Assembly: GCA_963793305.1 (NCBI GenBank)
Contig: CAWBZV010000005.1
Coordinates: 480,001 to 544,000, forward strand
Length of the DNA stretch: 64,000 nt
DNA from: an uncultured Gemmatimonadales bacterium
GTDB taxonomy: Bacteria; Gemmatimonadota; Gemmatimonadetes; Gemmatimonadales; Gemmatimonadaceae
Direction of reading: 5' to 3'
In this document: in pieces, positions 42,479 through 51,538 of the stretch
Layout of the letters: the number at the start of each line of letters is the position of its first letter
How positions within the stretch are numbered: position 1 is the first letter of the stretch
Notes under the pieces: generated by a model
What the model saw: only the letters and a program-made list of their open reading frames with translations
The model's database searches: none
Told to the model about the DNA's origin: nothing
Program-made: the position numbers and the translations under genes

Positions 42479-43412
42479 CTATCCGGTGTTCGAGGCGCTC
42501 GGCCGCCTCGCCATGGCGTACACGGCGCGACCGTTCCCGATGAGGATGCCATCGACGAAGTACGCGGTACAGTCGCCATAGGACATGAGCGTGCTGGGAC
42601 CCCGATCCGGGTACACGCGCAGCACGTTGTTGTGATCCAGCCGTACCTGCACTCCGGGGATGCCTCGGAACAACTGCGGGGTGTCGCTGTCGTGCCGGTT
42701 CGCGATGTCGTCGGCGGTCATGAAGTGCCCGTGCCCGATCTCCTTGCGTGTGGTGAAGCCGATGGCGTTATACACGGGCGCCATGCGGATGCGATCGGCG
42801 ACGACATTCACCGCGGGCAGCGTCGTGGGTGCACGCTGCATCGTCACGTTCAGCGAACGCGGCTCCTTCGCCGAGAGGTCGACGGGAATAACGGCCGCGC
42901 CGAGTCCGATGCGGCGAACCACGAGCACTTGCGTGCCGGCAGGGGCGCGGAGGCCGAAGCTGCCGTCACTCGACGTCGGAATCTCCAGGTGGCCGCCGAG
43001 GATCGTCACCGTCGCGCTGCCGACCGGCGTGCCCGCATCCGATACGACGCGGCCCGTAACGGTCGCGCTGCCAGTGTCGCCCTCGACAGCGTAGACGCAG
43101 ATCGGCCAGCGTGCTGTCGGCGCTCGGCGTCACGATCGAGAGATAGGCAGTCGTCGCTCCCCGCACCGCTTCGAGCAGTGCGGATGAGGCGCGTTTGAGG
43201 CAGAGCCGGTAGTGTCCGGTCGAATCGCTCGTGATGTGGCTCGTGGTCTGGACTCGGTCTTGGTGCATCGCGGACCAGGCAGCCGAGATCGCGGCGCCAG
43301 CGACCGGTTGATTGGACGCGGCATTGACGACACGTCCCGTGACGCAGACCTGGCCCCAGCCGAGGCTGGGAATCACGATGAGCTCAACGGTTAACGCGCG
43401 AGTCCATTTCAT
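42479..43412 (-). pseudogene. Carboxypeptidase-regulatory-like domains + TonB plug-like domain protein, frameshifted and C-terminally truncated
   Basis: 'VTGRVVNAASNQPVAGAAI...SDSTGHYRLC', 'VRRIGL', 'GFTTRKEIGHGHFMTADDI...C..YFVDG'. Confidence 0.7.
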
Positions 43413-43508
43413 ACCGGAACGCTAGGAAGAAGAAGTCTCCGGGCGTGGTCGAGCGGCGTCGCGCTCGTGACCGCACGATCTCAATCTGATGGCCCCAGCG
43501 ATCGTCAG

Positions 43509-43525
43509 TCTAGAACACACGCAAC
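43509..43525 (-). promoter_or_regulatory. Recurrent site GTTGCGTGTGTTCTAGA
   Basis: CAGATT at 20 nt; upstream of 43412. Confidence 0.6.
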
Positions 43526-43546
43526 GTTCTCGTGGCGCAGGGCCAG

Positions 43547-43563
43547 GTTGGGTTCCTTCAAGA
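43547..43563 (+). promoter_or_regulatory. Recurrent site GTTGGGTTCCTTCAAGA (orphan)
   Basis: Faces the 3' end of the convergent ADOP. Confidence 0.7.
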
Positions 43564-43632
43564 CGGCGTGGTGAATGAGCGCGGCGCGGCTCGATGGGCA
43601 CTTCGTGGGTCGCGCGCACTGAGAATCGCTGA

Positions 43633-46209
43633 CTAATTCGTTTGAAGCGCCAGCCTCGGATCGACGGTCGTGGCGCGTCGCACGGGGAAGTACGCCGCGG
43701 CGGTGGCGACGAGCAACATGAACAGTACGGCGCCGGCGAGCACCCATGGATCGAGCGGGCTCGTGCCGAAGAGCAGCGACGCAATGAGGCGCGACAGCGT
43801 GATCGCGCCGAGCAAGCCGAATGCGATACCGATCGCGGTCACCGCGAGGCCGTGGCGGAGCACCAAGGCGCGAATCGACCCGCGATCGGCGCCCAGCGCG
43901 ATGCGGATGCCGATCTCTTTCCGTCGCAGGGTGACGACGTACGACAGGATGCCGAAGAGGCCGACGGCCGCCAGCGCCAGTGCGACCGCGGCGAACGCCG
44001 TGAGGAGGCGCATGATGAACACGCGTTGCGCCGTGCCGCGTCCGATCGCATCGTCGAGCGCCATCGGTTGGTCGACGACGAGTCGCGGGTCGAGCGCGGC
44101 CAACGTGCGCCGAGCCTGGGGGAGGAAGTCGAGTGGTGGACCGTCCGTGAGCACCACCTGTGTCAGCTCCCAGTTCCACGAGGCGAACTGGCGGTGCGGG
44201 TGGTAGATGTACGCGTCCGCGTGCCCGGTGGCATCGACTGCAACGTCGCCAACGACCCCGATGACGACGAGCGGGGGCCCTCCGCTCGATAGGCGTTGGC
44301 CAATGGGGACGATGCCGCGAAAGAACCGTTGCGCGGCGCTCTGGCTGATCACGACATGGCGGGGCGCGCCGGAGTCGGTGAGCGGTTGTTCGCGGTCGTC
44401 AAACGTCCGGCCAGCGATGAGCGGGATGTGCGTGGCGGCGAAGTAGTTGCCCGACACGACGCGGTTTTGCGCCATGTAGTGATAGTTGCTGTCGGCCCCG
44501 CGCGGTCCGCTCAGGATCCGCACGCCCCACGAGTTGAAGTCGCCCGTGGCCGGCAGCTTGGTGACGCCGCCCGCGGCGCGCACGCCGGATTGTTCGGCGA
44601 GCCGGTGCGCGAGCGCCTCGTAGAACTTGGCGCGCGCGGTCGAATCGTACATTGCCTCGGGGAGCGCGACGCGGAACGTGAGCACGTGATCGCCGCGGAC
44701 ACCGAGAGGCAGGTCCCGAAGCCGGGCGAGGCTCGCCAACAACAGGCCAGCGCCGACGAGGAGCACGAACGCGAGCGCGACTTGGATGACGACCAGTCCA
44801 GCCCTCAGCGTACCTTGCCCGGCGCTTGCCGTGCCCGCTGCGCCGCGCGTCTGGTTACCGATCCGCGCCGCGCGCAGCGCGGGCGCGAGGCCGAACATGA
44901 TGGCGCTGAGCGAGGAGATCGCGAGGCAGAACAGCAGCATGCGCGGATCGAGCGTCAGCTGATCGAGTCGCGGAATCGACTCCGCGCCCAGCCAAACGAG
45001 GCCGCGCATGACGACCCACGCGACGCCCAAGCCGGCGATGCCGCCCCCCAGGGCAAGCGTAGCGCTCTCCGTCAATAGCTGCCGCACGATGCGGCTTCGG
45101 CGTGCGCCGAGCGCGGCGCGCAGCGCCAATTCGGGTCTCCGCTCCGACGCCCGGACGAGCAGCAGGTTCGCGACATTCACGCAGACGAGCAAGAGCACCA
45201 GTCCGACGGCGCCGAACACAAGTTTAAGGGCCGAGCCAGCGGATCCGACAACGTCGGCCTTGAGCGGATCCAGCAGCGCCTTGGCGTTCTTCGTCCGCGG
45301 CTCCTGAACGGCCAGCGACTGTTGGAGCGCACTGATCTCCGCCTGCGCCCGCACGAGCGACGTGCCCGGTTGCAATCGCGCGAGCATCGTGAGCCAGAAG
45401 TTGCCCGGATTGTCGGGCTGCGAGAGGTCGATCGGCACCCACGCGTCGACATCGCCCATGATCGGGTCACGCAGGCCATCGGGGCCGACACCGATCACCG
45501 TGTACGGGGCGCCGTTGAGTGTCAAGGAGCGGCCGAGGACCTTGCGATCACCACCGAAACGGCGCTCCCAAATGTGATGGCTCAGCACGACCACGTGCGC
45601 CCCGTTCTCTTCGTTCTCCGCGAACGGTCGCCCGAGCGGCGGCAGCGCGCGCAACATCGCAAAATACCCGCTGCTCACGGGCAGCAATCGAATCCGCTCG
45701 GCTCCAGCGCCCAGGTCAACGTCCGCGCCGACCAGATCGTACGTAAAGAGCGCGGCGACCGACTGGAACAACGTCATGTGGTCATGGTACGCTTTGAAGT
45801 GGAACGTGCTCACGAACGTGCGCTCGGCCGGACTGCCATACGATGTATAGACTCGGACCAGTTGCGCGGGCTCGGCGTACGGCAATGGCTTGAGCAGCAC
45901 GGCGTCAACCACGCTGAACACGGCGGTGGTGCCCCCAACGCCTATCGCGAGTGTCGCGATGGCGAGCAAGGCGAATTGGGGTCGCTTGCCGAGGGTTCTC
46001 AACGACCAGGCGACATCGGCGACGGTCTCCTCGATCACCCGCGTGCCGCGCGCATCGCGCACGTCCTCCTTGTAGCGCTCGATGTCGCCGAACGCCTTCC
46101 GCCCCGCCATCTCCAGGTGGAATCGCATCTCCTCGGCCATGTCCCGCTCTTCCTGGCCGCGAAACACGAGCGCGTGGAGCCGCTCCCGGAGATCTGACCA
46201 GAGGCTCAC
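43633..46209 (-). CDS. ADOP-family ABC permease with N-terminal prefix domain (intact)
   Basis: 'EERDMAEEMRFHLEM...KEDVRDARG' prefix; two MacB_PCD/FtsX halves. Confidence 0.95.
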   Translation of the reverse strand: MSLWSDLRERLHALVFRGQEERDMAEEMRFHLEMAGRKAFGDIERYKEDVRDARGTRVIEETVADVAWSLRTLGKRPQFALLAIATLAIGVGGTTAVFSVVDAVLLKPLPYAEPAQLVRVYTSYGSPAERTFVSTFHFKAYHDHMTLFQSVAALFTYDLVGADVDLGAGAERIRLLPVSSGYFAMLRALPPLGRPFAENEENGAHVVVLSHHIWERRFGGDRKVLGRSLTLNGAPYTVIGVGPDGLRDPIMGDVDAWVPIDLSQPDNPGNFWLTMLARLQPGTSLVRAQAEISALQQSLAVQEPRTKNAKALLDPLKADVVGSAGSALKLVFGAVGLVLLLVCVNVANLLLVRASERRPELALRAALGARRSRIVRQLLTESATLALGGGIAGLGVAWVVMRGLVWLGAESIPRLDQLTLDPRMLLFCLAISSLSAIMFGLAPALRAARIGNQTRGAAGTASAGQGTLRAGLVVIQVALAFVLLVGAGLLLASLARLRDLPLGVRGDHVLTFRVALPEAMYDSTARAKFYEALAHRLAEQSGVRAAGGVTKLPATGDFNSWGVRILSGPRGADSNYHYMAQNRVVSGNYFAATHIPLIAGRTFDDREQPLTDSGAPRHVVISQSAAQRFFRGIVPIGQRLSSGGPPLVVIGVVGDVAVDATGHADAYIYHPHRQFASWNWELTQVVLTDGPPLDFLPQARRTLAALDPRLVVDQPMALDDAIGRGTAQRVFIMRLLTAFAAVALALAAVGLFGILSYVVTLRRKEIGIRIALGADRGSIRALVLRHGLAVTAIGIAFGLLGAITLSRLIASLLFGTSPLDPWVLAGAVLFMLLVATAAAYFPVRRATTVDPRLALQTN

Positions 46210-46303
46210 GCCACCAGCCAGTTGACGGCGGTCGACGTGCGCCGCTTCATGCGTCGACGAGCGTGCACAGGACGAGCATCTCGAGCGTGTCTGGAAGGAT
46301 CAT
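46206..46303 (-). pseudogene. padR: Acidobacterial-type PadR regulator with a large internal deletion
   Basis: 'MILPDTLEMLVLCTLV' (cf. LLPGTLEMLILKTL) joined out of frame to 'STAVNWLVA*', whose stop overlaps the ADOP start (GTGA). Confidence 0.7.
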
Positions 46304-46306
46304 GCT

Positions 46307-46325
46307 CCTGTAGATTGTCTACAGG
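46307..46325. promoter_or_regulatory. Perfect inverted repeat CCTGTAGA-ttg-TCTACAGG, probable PadR operator
   Basis: 8-3-8 palindrome overlapping the RBS of the padR remnant. Confidence 0.65.
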
Positions 46326-46398
46326 TAGCAGCGCTGTCAAGCGATTTGAGCGAGCGACCGTGTCAGGACACCGCGGCCGTAGTCGTTCACAGCGGCAG

Positions 46399-46415
46399 GT
46401 TGGATTCATGCAAGA
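46399..46415 (+). promoter_or_regulatory. Recurrent site GTTGGATTCATGCAAGA
   Basis: CAACTT at 19 nt; upstream of the oxidoreductase. Confidence 0.78.
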
Positions 46416-46599
46416 CGGCGTGGTTGCGGAAGTGCAACTTCGGCCGCGTTGGATGTGCCCCACGTGGAGGTGGCCACGTGTTGCTCTGTCGCGTGGGGTG
46501 ACGTCGCGCGCGCGGCCGCTACGCTTTTTCGCGTACAGGGTCCTAGGTCACGGCCGGTGTCAGCACCAGATAGCCGCGGACCGCAATGGAGCCTGTGTG

Positions 46600-48582
46600 A
46601 TGGACGGGACAGACCATGATGCTCCGGTGCCTGACTCGTCCTTGAGCGCGGAGGAGCGCGACCTGGGGATGGGCGCCGACATCACGCGGCGCGATTTTCT
46701 CAATGCGGTCGTGCTGGGAACGGGTGCCGCGCTGCTCGGGGCTCCGGGGCCTCGGGCGGATGCGCCGCCTGATCCGTGGCATCCGTGGACGGGATATGGC
46801 GGTGTCGGAGACTACGCGAGCTCAAACGGCAACACCTGGGATGTCGTCACCGCCGGACACGGCATACGCGACGATCTCTACGAGCGTCGCATCGGCGCGG
46901 CGCCGTCGACCGGCGAGCAGTACGATCTCGTGATCGTCGGTGGTGGATTCGCTGGTGTTATGGCGGCGTACACGTTCCTTCGGGCGACGCATCGACAGCG
47001 GTCCGTTCTCATTCTCGACAACCATCCGGTTATCGGGGGCGAAGCCAAGCGCAACGAGTTTCTGGTGCGCGGCCAACGGCTGGTGGGACCGCAAGGCTCG
47101 AATCAGATGGCGTTGTTCGCGGCCGACGGCGGCACGACGTGGTGGAAAGACGTCGGGCTTCCCACCGCGTTCGAGTTCGGCACGATGCCGTCTGGTCGCC
47201 GGTCCATGGAATTCCCGTTGGACAATTATCTGTATCAGCTGTGGGCCGATGAGTTCGAGCAGCATGGGTACTTCTTCGAGACGTCCACGCCGCAGTGGGT
47301 GACGAATCCCTGGGGGCACGATCTCGAGGGGACGCCGTGGCCGGCCGAGGTGAAGCGAGACCTCCTGCGCTGGCGGAGGGAATCGGCGCAGCCGTTTCAG
47401 GGCGACGAGACGCGTCTCAGGGAATGGCTGGACGGCATGACGTACGATCAGTACTTGACGAACGTCCGTGGCTTTCATCCGGAGGTCGCGCGCTTCGTGG
47501 ACCCGATCGTGGCATCGGCGTTCGGTCTGGGGAGTGATGCCATCTCCGCGTGGCTCGCGTCGTTCGATTTTCCGGGATTTCATGGGCTCTCCGCGAGCCG
47601 CGATGCGGCAGGCCTCGACACGCCGGGCAATCGGCTTTCCGCCAACGTCACGGGGCGTCGAGAGATCTTTTCCTTTCCGGGTGGGAACGACGCGGTGATG
47701 CGCGCGCTCGTCAAGGCGATCAATCCCGACGCGATCGAGGGTAGCGCTGCGTTTGCCGATGTGCACAACGGTCGCATTCGCTTCGAGGCGCTGGACCGTC
47801 CGAACATCCCGTGCCGGATGCGCGCAGGCGCCACGGTCGTGCGCCTCGTACACGATCCCGACCACCCAAGCGCGGGCGCGACTATTACGTACGCGCGTGG
47901 CGGGACACTCCAGTCCATCGCGGCGCGCACGGTCATCTGGGCGGCGGCGAGCTGGAGCGGAAAGCACGCCGTGGAGCGACTGCCGGAGGACTATCGCGCG
48001 GCGATGGACCGCTTCCCGCGCTCGCCGATGCTGGTCGTCAATGTGGCGCTGGATAACTGGCGCGCGCTGTACCGGCTGGGATATACGGCGTGCTCGTGGC
48101 GGGGCGGATTTGGATACACGGGGAACCTGCGGGCGCCGATGTACGTCGGCGACTATCGCCCGCCGCTCGACCCGGATCAGCCGACGTTGTTCACGCTGTA
48201 CGTGCCGTTCAATCAGTATGGACTGGCGCTCGTGGAGCAGGGGAAAGCGGGTCGGGCGAAACTGTACGCGACGACGTATCGAGACTACGAGGCGCAGATT
48301 CGTCGCCAACTCACGGCGATGTTCGGTGGCGCGGGATTCGATCCGGCGCGGGACATCGCGGGCGTCGTGCTCAATCGGTGGGGACACGCCTATGTGAACG
48401 CGGGACCGGGCTTCTTCACGAATCGGGACGGGCAGTCCTCGCCAGGGGATGTGCTGCGACGGCCGCTCGGGAACCTGACGTTCGCGCACTCCGAGCTCGG
48501 TGGTGCGCAGACGGCGCCGGCGGCTTGGGCTGAAGGTCGGCGGGCGGCGCAGCAAGTCGTGGACTTGCTGGCGAGCGCGTGA
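46600..48582 (+). CDS. Tat-exported FAD-dependent oxidoreductase, spermidine dehydrogenase-like
   Basis: 'ITRRDFLNAV' Tat motif; 'YDLVIVGGGFAG...ILDNH..IGGEAKRNEF', 'FPGGND', 'RDIAGVVLNRWGHAY'. Confidence 0.85.
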   Translation: MDGTDHDAPVPDSSLSAEERDLGMGADITRRDFLNAVVLGTGAALLGAPGPRADAPPDPWHPWTGYGGVGDYASSNGNTWDVVTAGHGIRDDLYERRIGAAPSTGEQYDLVIVGGGFAGVMAAYTFLRATHRQRSVLILDNHPVIGGEAKRNEFLVRGQRLVGPQGSNQMALFAADGGTTWWKDVGLPTAFEFGTMPSGRRSMEFPLDNYLYQLWADEFEQHGYFFETSTPQWVTNPWGHDLEGTPWPAEVKRDLLRWRRESAQPFQGDETRLREWLDGMTYDQYLTNVRGFHPEVARFVDPIVASAFGLGSDAISAWLASFDFPGFHGLSASRDAAGLDTPGNRLSANVTGRREIFSFPGGNDAVMRALVKAINPDAIEGSAAFADVHNGRIRFEALDRPNIPCRMRAGATVVRLVHDPDHPSAGATITYARGGTLQSIAARTVIWAAASWSGKHAVERLPEDYRAAMDRFPRSPMLVVNVALDNWRALYRLGYTACSWRGGFGYTGNLRAPMYVGDYRPPLDPDQPTLFTLYVPFNQYGLALVEQGKAGRAKLYATTYRDYEAQIRRQLTAMFGGAGFDPARDIAGVVLNRWGHAYVNAGPGFFTNRDGQSSPGDVLRRPLGNLTFAHSELGGAQTAPAAWAEGRRAAQQVVDLLASA

Positions 48583-49179
48583 CCTGGTCTGTGGCATCGC
48601 CGCATCCGGCACCTGACAACGGGCGAGCTCCCGAGCCGATTCTGGTGGCGCGCATTCGCGCTGGGGACGTGCGTGCGTTCGAAACGTTGTTCCGCACCCA
48701 CTTCGCATCGCTCTGTTCGCTGGCGTTTTCGTTCGTGCGCGCTCCGGACGCGGCGGAGGATGTGGTGCAGAACGTGTTCCGGGTCGTGTGGATGCGCCGC
48801 CGCCTGTGGCATGTGCATGGCGCCGTGGGCGCGTATCTGCGCCAGGCCGTGCGACACGAGGCGTTGAACGCGCTGCGGGGCGCGCGTCGGGAACGCGACG
48901 CGGTGCTGCGCGCGAGCCGGGATGCGAGTGTCACGGATGTCGAGCGCGATGCCGGCGTCGAGGACATGGTGGCCGCCGCGGAGTTGGCGCAAACCGTCGT
49001 GGAGGCGGCCTACGGCCTGCCCCCACGATGCCGCGCGGTGTTTCTGCTCAAATGGGAGCGGGGCCTGACGTACCGGGAGATCGCGGATCGGCTCAACCTG
49101 TCGATCAAGACGGTCGAGATGCAGAATGACGCGTGCACTCAAGTCGATTCGCGCGCGCGTCGGCGATCCGCGATGGTAA
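48579..49179 (+). CDS. ECF sigma-70 factor (FecI-like), frameshifted near 49125
   Basis: 'AFETLFR...AEDVVQNVF..VW' (region 2), 'LPPRCRAVFLL...GLTYREIA..LNLSIKTVEMQ' continuing as 'MTRALKSIR'. Confidence 0.88.
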
Positions 49180-49271
49180 CATGGGTTGGGGGGCGGCGCC
49201 GGCGGATCGCCGATACAGGGTGCTTGGCTCGTCCCGGTGTCTTACTGGCGCATGCGTCACGACGCCGCTCG

Positions 49272-49690
49272 ATGCTGACCGATGCCGATTGGACGCGCCT
49301 CACGCGCTATGTCGTTGGCGAATGTGCGCCCGCCATCGGCGATCGGGATCGGGCGTGGATCGACGCCGATCCCGATCGGCGCGCCATTGCCGACGCGTTA
49401 CTCGAAGTGCGCTCGGCATCGCCAGGCCCCGCGCCGGAGTGGAACGCGCATCGAGTTTGGGCGCGGTTGTGTGACTCCGTCGGCGTCGGCGCTGGCGGAG
49501 TCCGATCCGTTCGGTCCATCCGGCGCACCTACCCGTTGGTCTTTCCGAGCCGGGAGCGCACGTGGCGCCGCTGGTGGGTGAGCCGGGTCGCGGCCGTGAT
49601 GCTGGTCCTGGCTGGCGGCGTCGCCGTGTATCGGGTCAGTCGTGGGACGCGGGCTCCGGTGACGCGGCAGCTCGTGACGACGCGCCCTCA
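49272..49690 (+). pseudogene. FecR-like anti-sigma factor, N-terminal part only
   Basis: 'DWTRLTRYVVGEC...AWIDADP', TM 'RVAAVMLVLAGGVAVY', ends at 'QLVTT' where the FecR domain should start. Confidence 0.65.
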
Positions 49691-49921
49691 CCGATTCCGA
49701 TCGTGTGTTGATCATCCCGGTGCGTGCGGAGGTGCGGCGCTGCGGCCGCTACCGGCGACTCAGGAGAGCAGCGAGGAGGATTGCGCGATCACCATTCGCA
49801 TGTATGGCCTCCCGGATGCGCCGGACACGACGTGGGCGATCGCCGATTTGCGGATGACCCTCTTCACGTTGCCGAGGATCGAGTTGACCGGTCGCATGGG
49901 CAGCCTGATACCGGTCTGCCA

Positions 49922-50572
49922 ATGAACGGGCGACGCGTCGGTCTCGTCGTCGGAGTACTCAGTATCGTCTTTCTGTTTGCCGTGATGGCTCGGTGGACGG
50001 GAGATGTGCTCTTTGGCCCGATAGGCGTAGTGGTCGCCGCCATCACCGCGTGGTCTGTGGCTGGGCCTGGGACGGCGGGACTCCTTCGCTTAGGCCTTGG
50101 ACGCCCGCGATCGTGGGCGATGACTCTCATCTCAGCCGTGATCACGGCCGTCGTCGGTCAACTGGCCGTGAGTCTGTGCACGCCGCTCGTGATTGGACTG
50201 TGGGGCGCACCGAACTTCTCGGCGCTCGGCGCGATCAAGGGACATCCGTGGGCGCTGGCCAAATTCCTGGTAATCATTTGGACGAGCGCGGCGTTCGGAG
50301 AAGAGATCGTCTTTCGCGGTTTTCTCATTCCGCAGATCGCGCAGGCGTACGGGGACACGCGGCTGGCGAAGCTGGGGGCGATCGTCGTGGCGGCGATCTT
50401 CTTTGGCGCCGCTCACGCGTATCAGGGACCATCAGGAGCGGTGCTCACGGGCGTGATTGCGCTGGTGTACGGCACGGCGTTTGTTGCCGGCCGCGGCAAT
50501 CTGTGGCGGACGATCCTGGCGCACGGTCTCTACGATTCCACCGCATTCATTCTCCTCTATTTCGCCAAATGA
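49922..50572 (+). CDS. CPBP (CAAX/Abi) intramembrane glutamic endopeptidase
   Basis: EEIVFRG, FFGAAH, HGLYD motifs; multiple TM helices. Confidence 0.92.
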   Translation: MNGRRVGLVVGVLSIVFLFAVMARWTGDVLFGPIGVVVAAITAWSVAGPGTAGLLRLGLGRPRSWAMTLISAVITAVVGQLAVSLCTPLVIGLWGAPNFSALGAIKGHPWALAKFLVIIWTSAAFGEEIVFRGFLIPQIAQAYGDTRLAKLGAIVVAAIFFGAAHAYQGPSGAVLTGVIALVYGTAFVAGRGNLWRTILAHGLYDSTAFILLYFAK

Positions 50573-51522
50573 GGCGTGCACTCTCGATTCTCGGCCTGCT
50601 GGCGCTGTCGCAGCTCGCCGCCCGGCAGCCGACTCAGGGGTACTTGTCCGGTGCCGATGGGGTGCGGTTGTATTTTCGCCAGGTGGGTTCTGGCCCCGAC
50701 ACGGCCGTCCTGCTCCACGGGGGCCCGGGGCTCAGCATCGGCGTGTCGTGGCCCGATCTGGCGCCGTTGGCCGAGCACGCGGTCGTACTACTATATGATC
50801 AGCGGGGCGCGGGGCGTTCCGAGATCATCAAGGACTCGGCGCGACTGCGGGCGTCCGACCATGTGCGCGATCTGGAGGCGCTGCGCCAGCACTTTGGTTT
50901 GGCGCAGATGACGCTGATCGGGCAGTCGTGGGGCGGCGGACTGGCGATCCTCTATGCGGCTGAGCATCCCGGAGCGCGTCAAGCGCGTCCTGTTGGTCGG
51001 GCCGATGCCGCCGACGGCGGCGCTGTATGCGCTCCGTCAGAAGAAAATCACGGCGAAGGATTCGGCGTCGGGCGCGACGGTTGCGCGGCTGATCGCGGCC
51101 ATTCCGACGGCGGCCGACCCGGCGCCGGTGTGCCGCCAGCTGTTCGCTACGTATTTCACGAGCTATTTCGCCGATCGGGCGTCGGCGGTGCACCTGAAAG
51201 CGGATCCGTGCGACGTGCCGCCTCAAGGGATCCGCAACTTCCCGCTCGTGTCGAATGCGACGATGCAATCGCTCGGGGCGTGGGATTTCACTCCGCTGCT
51301 CGCGCGCCTGACGATGCAGGTGCTCGTCGTCGATGGCGCGCTCAGTGTCGCGACGGTCGATGGCATGCATGCGTTGGCCGTGGGTTGCCGAACGGGCGAC
51401 TGTTGCTGATCCCGGGCGCGGGTCATTATCCGCAAATCGAGCAGCCCGATCGATTCTTTCCGCCGGTTGCGGTGTTTCTGCACGGTGCGTGGCCGGCGGA
51501 CGCGACGACCGAGCATCGGTAG
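50569..51522 (+). CDS. Proline iminopeptidase-like alpha/beta hydrolase, two compensating frameshifts (~50970, ~51385)
   Basis: LHGGPG, YDQRGAGRS, GQSWG, GAGHYP. Confidence 0.85.
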   Translation: MRRALSILGLLALSQLAARQPTQGYLSGADGVRLYFRQVGSGPDTAVLLHGGPGLSIGVSWPDLAPLAEHAVVLLYDQRGAGRSEIIKDSARLRASDHVRDLEALRQHFGLAQMTLIGQSWGGGLAILYAAEHPGARQARPVGRADAADGGAVCAPSEENHGEGFGVGRDGCAADRGHSDGGRPGAGVPPAVRYVFHELFRRSGVGGAPESGSVRRAASRDPQLPARVECDDAIARGVGFHSAARAPDDAGARRRWRAQCRDGRWHACVGRGLPNGRLLLIPGAGHYPQIEQPDRFFPPVAVFLHGAWPADATTEHR

Positions 51523-51538
51523 AGGCGAAGGCGTCATC

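Noticed and set aside
48579..49925. 448-aa sigma/anti-sigma fusion ORF
   Set aside because: Produced by a frameshift near 49125; the sigma C-terminus 'MTRALKSIR' is in another frame and ends at 49179
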